A DNA stretch of 64,000 bases from an uncultured Verrucomicrobiota bacterium (lineage in GTDB: Bacteria > Verrucomicrobiota > Kiritimatiellia > CAIKKV01 > CAIJXV01), in the NCBI GenBank assembly GCA_964497135.1, contig CAZCDO010000001.1, forward strand, positions 239-64,238, in the 5' to 3' direction. The position numbers and the translations under genes were made by a program. Below the pieces are notes generated by a model that made no database searches, was not told where the DNA came from, and saw only the letters and a program-made list of their open reading frames with translations. This document shows positions 51,774 through 61,651 of the stretch, one piece after another (positions within the stretch are counted from its first letter, which is position 1; each line of letters opens with the position of its first letter).

Positions 51774-54145
51774 TGGAAATCATGGATCAGACCTTGTGCC
51801 GATATCTTTCCGGCCTGACTTTGAAGCGGAGCGGCGACTCGGAACAGGCGGGGCTGTGCCTTGCATCCGTTCCGGTGCCGCGCGGGGCGCCCCGTACTCT
51901 CGCGCTGGGCGGGCGCGAGACCTGGTGCCAGAGTCTTGGACGCTGGCCGGATGGGGGCGGCGGACCCTCCCCCCGACGCCTTCTCATGATCGCTGACGGG
52001 GGCCAAGTGCCGGCTTCATTGAGTGTGACCGAGGCTGGCAGGACACCCGCCGGGCAGCCGCCCGTGGCAGAGACCCGCCTGGTGGCGGAAGCGCCGGACT
52101 TCTTTTTTCCTTGGGAATCGCATGCCGTACGCATCTCCTGGGGCGGGCGGGCCGTGGACCTCATCATGGGCCTGCGGACGGCGGGGACGATCCACTGGTG
52201 GCAGGCAGCACGGCTCATGGTTCTCGAGGAAAGCGCCGCCTGCCGGGTGATCGAGATGGGGGGGGCGATCCCGCTGAAGCAGATGAGGCTCAATGATTTG
52301 CAGGATTGCCCCAGCCATGCCAACCCCTTCCTGCACAAGCACAACTGGCTGAACGGGCACCTGTCTGCGCGACTGCATGCCAACGGGGTCTGTGAGGTCT
52401 TTGCCCATTTTATCAACAGCAAATTTTTTGACGATGGTTTACCGCTGAGGGATGCCGTGCCGGTGATCGGTATTCGGAGCGATACCCAGGACGACTCAGG
52501 CGATCTGTGCGGACCGCTGGATGGAAGCCGGACTTCATTGCGTCTGGGTGAGGTGGAGTTTGACCTGACCGATGCGGCCCATCTGGCCACGCCGCAACAG
52601 CCGGGCTGTCTGACGAAGGAAGGGGACTTCCTGATCTGGCAGCCCTTCCGCGGGATGGAACTCTATGCCGGGGAGCCGACCCGGGAGATCACCGGTGACG
52701 AATACGTTTGTCGGGCGGAAGACCAGGTCATCCCCCGTGGCCTGGCGCGTACCCTTCGTTTTAATTTCAGTCTGAACCCTGACCGTTCCCCGCGGGTCGC
52801 GCGGTATCTGCCGCCGGACTGGTGGTATGGCTTGTGCGAGGAATTTCTGCCGCAGGCGGTGTTGCCCGTCTCCAATGAATTCGATGGCTCGCTCCAGGCG
52901 GCCATGGACTGGCGGAACACCTGGAGTTCGCAGGCGGGATTCGACGATGGTTCCGTGGCGCGGCACGCAAAGCGCGGGAACAGCGGGCGTTTCGAGCCGG
53001 GGTGGGAGGGCGAGACTCCGTATGCGCATATGCTTCAGTCCTGGCGTACCGGCGATGCGCAGGAGTACGATCAGGCGCTCCGCTCCTGCTATTTTTTTAC
53101 CGATGTCTGTGTGGATCATGCGGCGAAGATGGTTCGCATGCACGCCTACCCGCCCAACGCCTTCTCGGTGCCGATGGCGCGGGTGCAGTCCTGCGTCGCC
53201 GCCTGGCTGGAAACGGGAGACGCCTATGCGCTCGACACCGCCCGGGCGGTGATCGACACGGCCTACTGGGTCCACAAGAATTCCTGGCCGCGTCTGGCAG
53301 TGGGGCGCGATGCCTGTTTCATCCGCGGGGCGATTTTTCTGTACCGGTACCTGGATAGTGAGCATTATCGGGCGATGGCGCGCGACGCTTTGCGCGATAC
53401 CCTGGCGTCCCAGAATCCCGACGGAAGCTTTGGCGATCAGGGTGGCGGGAGCGGCGTTCATCAATGGTCCGCCTATATCGTCAAGCCCTGGATGGGCCTG
53501 ATGGCGACCAACCCGATGCTGGACTATCTCGAACTGTTCCCGGATGAACCGGACCTGCTCGACAGTATCCGGCGGTTCGGGGAGTGGCTGCTCCGGGAAC
53601 GTCATGACCACGCCGGCATCCAGGGTTGGAGTTACCAGCATTATTTCCGCGGCGGGTTGGACTTCATTGACGGCCAGGGGTGGACGAAGCTTAAGGGAGG
53701 CCGCCTCTGGCACAACGAGTATCTCGCCCGTTTCCTGGGCTACTGCGCCTTGAGGTTCAATCGGGCCGAGTATCTCGAGGCGTGGGAAGAAAGCTATCGC
53801 GGAAATCAGGGGAAGGTGGGGGGCGACTACGAGGTGGCACCGGTGCTCCAGTTCATCCCCTGGCTTCAGGCTAAACTCTGGCAGGTGACGGTCGACGAGA
53901 AGGGGCTGGTCGCGCATCCGGTCTGGTTCGGGTCGAAAACACCGGAATCCGGCATCGTGTCCACCCCCTTCGGCCGGGTCGAACTTCGGTGGTCCACCGA
54001 GGCGGAGCCACACCCCGTCCTAACGAATCCCGACAGATCGCTGTCCCTGCTGATCCGGGAGTGTCGGCTGCGGGAGTGCCCCTCCCCGCTGAAGTCGCTT
54101 GCCGGGGAACAAACGGGGCCATCTTCAGGCGTGCAATGTCCGTAA
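51773..54145 (+). CDS. hypothetical protein (790 aa), family not recognised (possibly alpha/alpha-toroid glycosidase-like)
   Basis: Long ORF whose ATG overlaps the stop of the GH1 remnant. Trp/Tyr-rich C-terminal half. Confidence 0.5.
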   Translation: MEIMDQTLCRYLSGLTLKRSGDSEQAGLCLASVPVPRGAPRTLALGGRETWCQSLGRWPDGGGGPSPRRLLMIADGGQVPASLSVTEAGRTPAGQPPVAETRLVAEAPDFFFPWESHAVRISWGGRAVDLIMGLRTAGTIHWWQAARLMVLEESAACRVIEMGGAIPLKQMRLNDLQDCPSHANPFLHKHNWLNGHLSARLHANGVCEVFAHFINSKFFDDGLPLRDAVPVIGIRSDTQDDSGDLCGPLDGSRTSLRLGEVEFDLTDAAHLATPQQPGCLTKEGDFLIWQPFRGMELYAGEPTREITGDEYVCRAEDQVIPRGLARTLRFNFSLNPDRSPRVARYLPPDWWYGLCEEFLPQAVLPVSNEFDGSLQAAMDWRNTWSSQAGFDDGSVARHAKRGNSGRFEPGWEGETPYAHMLQSWRTGDAQEYDQALRSCYFFTDVCVDHAAKMVRMHAYPPNAFSVPMARVQSCVAAWLETGDAYALDTARAVIDTAYWVHKNSWPRLAVGRDACFIRGAIFLYRYLDSEHYRAMARDALRDTLASQNPDGSFGDQGGGSGVHQWSAYIVKPWMGLMATNPMLDYLELFPDEPDLLDSIRRFGEWLLRERHDHAGIQGWSYQHYFRGGLDFIDGQGWTKLKGGRLWHNEYLARFLGYCALRFNRAEYLEAWEESYRGNQGKVGGDYEVAPVLQFIPWLQAKLWQVTVDEKGLVAHPVWFGSKTPESGIVSTPFGRVELRWSTEAEPHPVLTNPDRSLSLLIRECRLRECPSPLKSLAGEQTGPSSGVQCP

Positions 54146-54165
54146 ACACAGATAAGGTAATTCCC

Positions 54166-55935
54166 ATGACGATTCAAACGACTCCTTTTCCAACCCAAAC
54201 CCACCGGGTCGATTTTTGTGTGGTCGGCGGTGGAATGGCCGGCCTGTGTGCGGCGGTCGCGGCCGCGCGCCGGGGCGCCCAAGTGGTCCTGATGCACGAG
54301 CGCCCGGTTCTCGGCGGGAACGCCTCTTCGGAGATTCGCATGTGGGTTTGCGGCGCCCATGGCGCGAACAACCGCGAAACGGGAATTTTGGAAGAGATTA
54401 TGCTCGATAATTTGCACCGGAATCCGACGCAGAATTTCTCCCTCTGGGACAGCATTCTATACGAGAAGGCGCGCTTCGAGCCGAACCTCACGCTCCTGCT
54501 GAACTGCTCATGCACCGATGCCGTGACCGTCGAGGGACGTCTCCGGTCGGTCACCGGCTGGCAGTTGACGACGCAGACGTGGCACACCGTCGAGGCTGCG
54601 TTGTTTGCCGATTGCTCGGGAGACAGCATCCTGGCGCCTTTGACCGGCGCGGAATACCGGGTCGGACGCGAAGCCCGGCGAGAGTTTGGCGAGGACATCG
54701 AGCCCGAAGAGTCCGACCGGAAGACCATGGGGATGAGCTGTCTGATCCAGGCCCGGGAGACCGACCGGCCGCAGACCTTCATTCCGCCCTCCTGGGCCAA
54801 TGTGTACCGGACGGATGACGACCTGCCGAATCGCGACCATGCCCTGGGGCTGAACGGCAATTTCTGGTGGCTTGAATTGGGCGGCGAGCAGGATTCCATC
54901 CACGATACGGAGACCATCCGGGACAATCTGCTCAAGGCGGCGTTCGGGGTGTGGGATCACATCAAGAACCATGGCGATCACGGGGCGGAGTGCTGGACTC
55001 TGGAATGGCTGGGCTTCCTGCCGGGCAAACGCGAGAGCCGGCGCTATCTCGGCGACCACATCCTGACGCAGAACGATGTGCGGGCCGGCGGGCGGTTCGA
55101 CGACCTGGTGGCCTATGGAGGCTGGCCCATGGATGACCACCACCCGGCAGGGCTGGAGTGGCCGGGGATTCCGACCGTCTTCCATGGCGCGCCCTCGCCC
55201 TATGGCATCCCATATCGCTCCCTCTATTCGCGCACGATCGACAACCTGTTTTTTGCCGGGCGAAATATCAGCGTGACGCATGCCGGCCTCAGTTCCACGC
55301 GGGTCATCGCGACTTGTGCGATCATCGGCCAGGCCGTGGGCACCGCCGCCGCCCTGGCGGTGCGCCACACCTGCGCGCCTCGCGACATCTACCGGGAGGA
55401 CCACCTCGCCGAGTTGCAGCAGGCCTTGATGGACGATGATTGTTACCTGCCCTGGCAATCGCGGGCCGTGCCATCCCTGACGCGGCGCGCAGGCTTGACC
55501 GCCTCCGAAGGCAATCCGGAACCCCTGCGCAACGGGCTGGATCGCCCGGATGAAACATCCGACAACGGTTGGACCGGGGCGGCGGGGGGTGGGTGGGTGA
55601 CCTATACCTTCGAGGCGCCGACGCGCATTCACCGCCTGCGCTTCATTTTTGACAGCGATCTCAATCGCGATGGTCCGCACCCCTGCCATCGGAATATCCG
55701 CTGCAGTTATCCGCTGCAGTCCCTTCCGCGCGCGCTCCCCTCATCGCTGGCGAAGGCCTTTCGGATTGAGGCACAGGGCTCGGATGGCGTCTGGAAAACG
55801 ATCCTACACGTCAAGGACAACCATCAGCGACTGGCGTGTTTCGCAGTGGATGCGGAAGTCAGCGCCATCCGGTTTGTTTCCGAGACGACCTGGGGTTCCG
55901 AGCGGATCCGTCTCTTTGCGTGGGATGTGCGCTAG
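54166..55935 (+). CDS. FAD-dependent oxidoreductase (PF12831-like, single module)
   Basis: DFCVVGGGMAGLCAAVAAARRGAQVVLMHERPVLGGN (GxGxxG + downstream G-G). Same family as 18266..20893 and 55972..58992. Confidence 0.65.
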   Translation: MTIQTTPFPTQTHRVDFCVVGGGMAGLCAAVAAARRGAQVVLMHERPVLGGNASSEIRMWVCGAHGANNRETGILEEIMLDNLHRNPTQNFSLWDSILYEKARFEPNLTLLLNCSCTDAVTVEGRLRSVTGWQLTTQTWHTVEAALFADCSGDSILAPLTGAEYRVGREARREFGEDIEPEESDRKTMGMSCLIQARETDRPQTFIPPSWANVYRTDDDLPNRDHALGLNGNFWWLELGGEQDSIHDTETIRDNLLKAAFGVWDHIKNHGDHGAECWTLEWLGFLPGKRESRRYLGDHILTQNDVRAGGRFDDLVAYGGWPMDDHHPAGLEWPGIPTVFHGAPSPYGIPYRSLYSRTIDNLFFAGRNISVTHAGLSSTRVIATCAIIGQAVGTAAALAVRHTCAPRDIYREDHLAELQQALMDDDCYLPWQSRAVPSLTRRAGLTASEGNPEPLRNGLDRPDETSDNGWTGAAGGGWVTYTFEAPTRIHRLRFIFDSDLNRDGPHPCHRNIRCSYPLQSLPRALPSSLAKAFRIEAQGSDGVWKTILHVKDNHQRLACFAVDAEVSAIRFVSETTWGSERIRLFAWDVR

Positions 55936-55971
55936 AAGGCCTGAGCCGGAGTTTATTTCAGCTCCCGGTCG

Positions 55972-58900
55972 TCAGCGGGCCGGTGAATGCTCTTCCAATA
56001 CCAGGGAGGCATGGGTTGCATAGGCGGACCGGGGATCGGCGGCATAGGCTTCGAGTGCGGTCTTTCCTCTCTGGGCGGAGTCATCCCCCAATCGGTACAA
56101 TGCCCGGACCAGCGCCAGTTCCCGCAAACACTGGTTTCGCTCCATAGTGCCGGCTTCTCCTGAATAAGAAGCGTTGCCTTTGGCGTCGGCGTAAACGGGG
56201 AAGGATTGTTTCCAGGCCAGCGCATGTCCGCTGATTTGTGGCTTTTGGAGTACGGCCGACAATACCGGCACAGCGGAAGCGTCGCCGATTCCCTCACAGG
56301 CCAGTGCGACAGCCCGGAAATGGGAATAGGCGACAGTTTGGTCCAACAGCGCCGCCAAGCGGAGAATATCCGGGAGCGCCGGAGTGTATCCGATGCGTCC
56401 CAACGCCATCAAATAGGTGTCAAAGTGGCTGAGTTTCCGTCCGAAGCCCGGTCTCCAATCCCACCCGCCGTAATCCCAATTCGCCGCCATCGAAAGAGGC
56501 GCGAGAATCCCGGGGGCGCCATACGCGTCGCCGAACAGGGCCAGTACCGTGCCATACCGGGCCTTCGCGGTTGGGTTCGTTGTCGCGTCATACGCGCGGC
56601 GCAGTCCCGGAATGGCGCGGTTGGTGTCGGTCATCAGAACCCAGACGCCGGCATATTCGTCGGGAACCTGGACGATCGCATTGCTAAACGCGCGGTCGGA
56701 AAGCGGGTAATTATCGGTGTAGTTCAACACCCGCGGGGTCAAAATCCCCTTTTCCATGAGATGTTGCTGAAGCGCCTTAACATCGATCGCGCGCAGCATC
56801 ACGGCCTCCTTCACCGCCAGGGCCGCCGCGTATCCGGCCGCATAGCCCTGGTTTTGAACGTCCCGCTGCATCCGCAACACCGCCATGGTGTCGCGATGCG
56901 CGCTGATTCCCAGACCGGTGACCAGCAGGCCGTCGAGCTGCTTTGGTAACAAGGCGCGATACGGAAGATTGGCCTCGTACTCCGCCTCCGGATGGGAGAT
57001 TCGGCTCATCATGAGCAGATCGTGGGTCGCCTGCCCGTGGGTATCGTGCGTGGATTTGCATTGCACAATCGTGTCGGGGAAAGTCCGCTGGTTCATGAAG
57101 TCCGTTGGGACCAGATACACCTCGCCGATCAGTCGACGGCGCTCGCGGCTGTCCACCAGTTGGCTTTGATCCCAGTACTGGCCGAGCCCCCAGGTCTGAC
57201 GGGCGCGCAGGGGCAAGAAGCACATATCATAGCCGTCGGTATCATTGACGAAGCTGATGCCGATATTGACCGAGCTCTTGCCCAGCGGCCGGTAGTTCAT
57301 CGTGGCGCTTTGGAGTGAGCATTCCCTGGAATCCAGGAACTCAGTCGGTTCACCCGCCGCCGCCGCGAGATCGGCATTACCCGTGGCATCGATCACCGCG
57401 CCCGCCCGGATCACCCCGCGCCGGCCATCCGGTCCGGCCACCACTGCGCCCACCACCCGATGGCCGCTCATCACCACGCCGCAACCCATGGTTCCGAAAA
57501 GAATCTTGCCCCCGGAAGCCCGGATCTGGCGGCGGTACCACTCGGCCTTGGACTGCACTCCCACCGCTCCAGTGGCCCGGGTTCCGGCGTCAATCTCAAG
57601 CGTAAATCCGCAGGGATTGCCATGGTAATAACTGCCGAGCAAGCCCACCGTCTGCACTCCGCCCAGCGCATACTGGTATTCGCAGATGATGACGGAACGC
57701 CCGGCGCGGGCGGCCGCAATGGCCGCCGGCGAGCCGGCGGTGCCGCCTCCGACCACCAGCACATCGCAGGTCCCCAGCACCGGCAGGTCGCACACCGCAG
57801 TCGGAATCGTTCCTGTGGCACTGCGGGCCGCCGACAGCCAGGGTCCGAAATATTCCCGGACGATTTCCGGGTCGGAACGGGACTTTGGTTCTGATGCGAC
57901 GTGGACCGGGCCGACATTGCCCCGCCCGGCGGCCACCCCGGCGACCGCCGTTCCGAGGCGGTGACCCAGCGTCATACCGTTGATCGGACTGGCATACACA
58001 CTGGCCGCGGCGTCGCGGGAAACATCGGCCAGCGGTCCCAGCACCCAGATATAGGAGAGTCCTTTCGGACGCATGACGTCCAGTGACAGCGACTCGGGCG
58101 ACGGAGCGGGTTCCCGGGAAGACACCGTTCCAATGATCGAATCCGGCGGAGTAAAGATGACTTTCTCGGCGCTATCCAACTGCGAGGACACAAACACCGC
58201 ATCCCGCAGCGTCTGCTGGGCTTCGGCCTGTGCCGACACCGACCCGTCGGTCAGCGGTAGATTCATCGTGCAGATAAAAAGCGATCCGGTAATGACCGAC
58301 GGCATGCCGGTCGGCGTTGCGACTTTCCAGCCGTAATCCACCGCCGTAACCCAGCGCTGGGTGAACTGCAGCGTACTCAGGCCCTCGGCAACCGGGGCTT
58401 CTCCGGCGATCACCACCTGTGTCATCGGATAGGTTCCGGCTTTAAAAGACCGGAACTTCGCGCCTGCCTGACGGGTCAGCCAGGCCCGATCGGTGGCATC
58501 GATGACGCACTTCGCCCGGACCACGAAACGGCCGCTGCGATTGAGCAGGACTGCGCCCGCCGGCTTTCCGGCGGCATCCAAAAGGGTTTCGGTGGCATAG
58601 GTTCCGGTTATGAATCGCACCTGATTATCGATTAGCGCCCGATCGAGTATCTGTTTGACTTTTAAGGGCGTGGTGCGCACCGCCGGTTGGTTCTCCCCGG
58701 GCTTGGGATCGCCGTAGATCCGCTTCGAAAGAGGCGACACCCGTACCTCGCCCTCATCCGCCCATAACCGGAGGGTCCCGGCCATGTCATCGCCCAAATA
58801 CGGCCGCGGCGCTGCCAGGAAGACGGAGGCGCCTGCCTGTGCCGCCGCGACTGCGGCGTCAACCGCGGCCCCCGAGCCTCCGACCACTAGTACATCCACA

Positions 58901-58992
58901 TCGTGAACCCGCGGCAACGTCCCCGCCGGCTGACGCGCGGCCTCGCACAGGCAGGCCACCGCGCAAAAAAGTAAACAACACCATCTTTTCAT
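55972..58992 (-). CDS. secreted FAD-dependent oxidoreductase with two FAD-binding modules + C-terminal HEAT-like tail (paralog of 18266..20893)
   Basis: Signal peptide MKRWCCLLFCAVACLCEA. Motifs VLVVGGSGAAVDAAVAAAQAGASV and VLVVGGGTAGSPAAIAAARAGRSV. Start at 58992. Confidence 0.65.
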   Translation of the reverse strand: MKRWCCLLFCAVACLCEAARQPAGTLPRVHDVDVLVVGGSGAAVDAAVAAAQAGASVFLAAPRPYLGDDMAGTLRLWADEGEVRVSPLSKRIYGDPKPGENQPAVRTTPLKVKQILDRALIDNQVRFITGTYATETLLDAAGKPAGAVLLNRSGRFVVRAKCVIDATDRAWLTRQAGAKFRSFKAGTYPMTQVVIAGEAPVAEGLSTLQFTQRWVTAVDYGWKVATPTGMPSVITGSLFICTMNLPLTDGSVSAQAEAQQTLRDAVFVSSQLDSAEKVIFTPPDSIIGTVSSREPAPSPESLSLDVMRPKGLSYIWVLGPLADVSRDAAASVYASPINGMTLGHRLGTAVAGVAAGRGNVGPVHVASEPKSRSDPEIVREYFGPWLSAARSATGTIPTAVCDLPVLGTCDVLVVGGGTAGSPAAIAAARAGRSVIICEYQYALGGVQTVGLLGSYYHGNPCGFTLEIDAGTRATGAVGVQSKAEWYRRQIRASGGKILFGTMGCGVVMSGHRVVGAVVAGPDGRRGVIRAGAVIDATGNADLAAAAGEPTEFLDSRECSLQSATMNYRPLGKSSVNIGISFVNDTDGYDMCFLPLRARQTWGLGQYWDQSQLVDSRERRRLIGEVYLVPTDFMNQRTFPDTIVQCKSTHDTHGQATHDLLMMSRISHPEAEYEANLPYRALLPKQLDGLLVTGLGISAHRDTMAVLRMQRDVQNQGYAAGYAAALAVKEAVMLRAIDVKALQQHLMEKGILTPRVLNYTDNYPLSDRAFSNAIVQVPDEYAGVWVLMTDTNRAIPGLRRAYDATTNPTAKARYGTVLALFGDAYGAPGILAPLSMAANWDYGGWDWRPGFGRKLSHFDTYLMALGRIGYTPALPDILRLAALLDQTVAYSHFRAVALACEGIGDASAVPVLSAVLQKPQISGHALAWKQSFPVYADAKGNASYSGEAGTMERNQCLRELALVRALYRLGDDSAQRGKTALEAYAADPRSAYATHASLVLEEHSPAR

Positions 58993-59005
58993 TTTTTCCG
59001 GACTT

Positions 59006-61624
59006 TCAAGGCACGACGGAAGAGCGGACGAACGTATTATCCGTCAAGATATCGTTCCGTGCGCCAGGGTTGCTCACCTTGGTGTCGCTGAACCGGTTCC
59101 CCAGCCACAGTCCCGAATACATGCCCTTGTCCCCATGCTGTTTGGACAGGGAAACCGGGCCGCCCAGGAACGTGTTGCCGCAGATGTAAGTCTCCGTCAG
59201 CGTCCCGAACGATGCCTTCACGGTCTTTCCGGTTTCGCCGAACGTGTTGTCCGCGAATTTCATGTACTGGCTTCGGCCATACACGGTCAGGTTGTGCTTG
59301 ATCGTGTTCCCGCTGAAGACGTGATTGAGCCCGGCGCAGACGATCAAGCCGCTGTGGGATTCAAAGGAGTTGTTGCGGATGAGATCGTCCTGCGAGAATT
59401 CCCAGCCGTCTTCCCAGTCGATGTCACAACCGGGCATCCGGCCGCCGTTCCGGCGGAAGATATTGCCTTCGATCCGCCAGTTGATCCCCCCGCAGGCGGC
59501 AAAGCCGCAGGAGTAATTGTCTTCGATGATGCAGTTGCGAATATAATTCCGGATCGGCGGATGGTAGTTCGTGAAGAAGCCGATCGCATTGTTAAAGTCG
59601 GGGTGTCCCTGGGTGATTGGCGCATCCCAATGCAGAACGACGTGTGCATAGCGGGCCGCCGCGGGTTTGGAGTATTTCCGATAGCTCAACCGCCCCCATC
59701 GGCGCTCCAGCAACGTCTTGTTCGAATCGTAGAAGAGGATGTCGTACACCCGCACCCGGAGGGTGTTGTAGCCCATGTAGCCCAGCGGAAGTCCCAGTTC
59801 GAAGGAGTCATGAAGGGGGGCGAGATCGAGGAACTCCTTGGTTCTCTGGACCAGCGGGGAGTCGATTTTGCCGCCTTGGGCGTCGAAATCGCCGAACTCA
59901 AGGTTCGTAAACTTCAGGGGAATGGGGCCCACGCCGACGGCTCCGGCGGATTGTTGTCCGAGCCGCGATGCCATGTTGAACCCGATCCCTTTTTTGACGG
60001 TGAGGGATTCGATCCCGTTGTTCGGCCCTTCTTCAAACGAGATGGCCAAGGCGCCTTCTGTTTTAGGGTCGTTTTTCCATTTCGGAAAAATAGCTTCTTT
60101 GAAATCCCGCTCGCCCAGAATCGTCCCGTTGCGCAGGCGGCAGTTCTCGAGCACCGTGGTAATCTTCCCGCAAATCACCGGTTGATCGAAGAAGAGTTCC
60201 GCGCCGCCATTATCCATCCAAATCAACAGTTCCGAGCCGACCGAGTCGTAATCCGTTTGGGAACGCAAACGATGTTCGAATTCGGTCGTGTTAAACCGTT
60301 GTCCCGTTATGTCGGAAATCCACAGGTTGCCAAAGTCATTGGACGCCACAATGGTCTTTCCCTGGTAGTAATTTAATTTAAACCGGACCGCAATCTTGAG
60401 ACGAACGGCCGGGTTGGTCGCATGATTGACCACGGCGACCGGGCAGGAGAGAAGGATCGGCGCCCCGCGTTCGAGGACCCGAATCGTTTGATCCCGGGCG
60501 TCCTTCGCCGGAAGATCGCCGACGGGAATCGGTTTTGAGCGCAGGGAGGTGCTGCCCGCGGCGAAGTCGTATTTGTTCAGGGAGCGAGGCGACAGGGAGG
60601 GCCGCATGGCTGGTTGACCGGCCGGACTGAATGAGTCGAAAAGATTCGGCTGGTTGAGTTCCCGGAACCGGATCAGCGCATATCGGGCGTATCCATTCGG
60701 CCGGATTTGCCAGGTCGAACCATTCAGATCGATGATCAAGTTGCTTCGCATGGAAATGGACTGGAGGGGGTCCAGCACATAGAGCCCGGCGGGGAAAACG
60801 ACTTTTCGATAGCCGTGCCGTTGTGCGTAGAGCAGAGCCGTGTTGATGCCGATCGAATTTTGAATCGATTGTTTCTCATCCGCGCGATCCCGGACGATGC
60901 CGAACTTGCCCAGCTCGACTTGATACGTTTCCGCGGGAGAGGGGTCGGCATCCGGTTTCGCAGCTTTCACGGAAACAGTGATGCTGTCCTTGCAGCCATT
61001 GGGGGTTCGGACGGTCAGGGTAACCCGGCCTTCGCCGACGGCTTTTGCGATGTTTGCGGAGTGTGCCTGAACCACTTGCGGATCGCTGGTCTCCAACGTA
61101 TAGGGATTATCGTCGAAAACGCTGTAGGGCAGGCAGACGCCGACAATGCCAATCTCGTCGCCGACCGTCATTTCATCGATTTCATTCGCGATCCGAATGC
61201 CCTTGATGGTTCGCGGAGTCGCGTTTGTTGCCGCCGGCGGGCGGTCCCCGGCCACCTCGACGAGACAGTCCGCCGTCACCTCGGTATTGTCAGCCAGTGT
61301 CGCCGAAACCGTGAGGGCTCCCTCATGGATGGCTGTCACGAGCCCGTTTGAATTGACGGTTGCGAGTCCCGGATTGAACGAGGACCACTGGACACTCCGG
61401 TCGGAGTTCCTGACCTTTGCCTGCAGTTGGAAGGTACCCCCGACTTTCAGGGTCAGCCGGTTGCTGTTCAATACGATATCCGGCTTCGAGGCCTGCGGGG
61501 CCTCGGGACCGGCCGTGGGCTGAACGGGGGAAGGAGTCGTTTCCTTCACGATCGTACAGCCGATCAGGGAAGCCCACAGGATGGCGGACAACAGGGTCAG
61601 ACCCGGCAAACGGAAATGGCGCAT
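59006..61624 (-). CDS. lipoprotein with two Big_2 (bacterial Ig-like) domains and a right-handed beta-helix (pectate-lyase-fold) catalytic-like domain
   Basis: Lipobox LIGC. Big_2-like segments (LTLKVGGTFQLQAKV...VTAIHEGALTVSATL). C-terminal beta-helix turns (CIIEDNYS...IEGNIFRRNGG...IRNNSFESHSG...FSGNTIKHN). Confidence 0.65.
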   Translation of the reverse strand: MRHFRLPGLTLLSAILWASLIGCTIVKETTPSPVQPTAGPEAPQASKPDIVLNSNRLTLKVGGTFQLQAKVRNSDRSVQWSSFNPGLATVNSNGLVTAIHEGALTVSATLADNTEVTADCLVEVAGDRPPAATNATPRTIKGIRIANEIDEMTVGDEIGIVGVCLPYSVFDDNPYTLETSDPQVVQAHSANIAKAVGEGRVTLTVRTPNGCKDSITVSVKAAKPDADPSPAETYQVELGKFGIVRDRADEKQSIQNSIGINTALLYAQRHGYRKVVFPAGLYVLDPLQSISMRSNLIIDLNGSTWQIRPNGYARYALIRFRELNQPNLFDSFSPAGQPAMRPSLSPRSLNKYDFAAGSTSLRSKPIPVGDLPAKDARDQTIRVLERGAPILLSCPVAVVNHATNPAVRLKIAVRFKLNYYQGKTIVASNDFGNLWISDITGQRFNTTEFEHRLRSQTDYDSVGSELLIWMDNGGAELFFDQPVICGKITTVLENCRLRNGTILGERDFKEAIFPKWKNDPKTEGALAISFEEGPNNGIESLTVKKGIGFNMASRLGQQSAGAVGVGPIPLKFTNLEFGDFDAQGGKIDSPLVQRTKEFLDLAPLHDSFELGLPLGYMGYNTLRVRVYDILFYDSNKTLLERRWGRLSYRKYSKPAAARYAHVVLHWDAPITQGHPDFNNAIGFFTNYHPPIRNYIRNCIIEDNYSCGFAACGGINWRIEGNIFRRNGGRMPGCDIDWEDGWEFSQDDLIRNNSFESHSGLIVCAGLNHVFSGNTIKHNLTVYGRSQYMKFADNTFGETGKTVKASFGTLTETYICGNTFLGGPVSLSKQHGDKGMYSGLWLGNRFSDTKVSNPGARNDILTDNTFVRSSVVP

Positions 61625-61651
61625 TATTTTTCTCCTCCTTCTAACTCGATT

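Noticed and set aside
53989-54165. Extended N-terminus of the 648-aa ORF
   Set aside because: Overlaps the 3' end of the upstream gene and encodes Pro/Ala/Gly-rich filler. The FAD GxGxxG motif begins shortly after ATG 54166, which has an AAGGTAA RBS-like sequence.
56206-56949. 247-aa plus-strand ORF inside the minus-strand dual-FAD gene, and 62066..63187 (+) inside GH36-like gene
   Set aside because: Antisense to genes with clear family motifs. Low-complexity Arg/Gly-rich translation.
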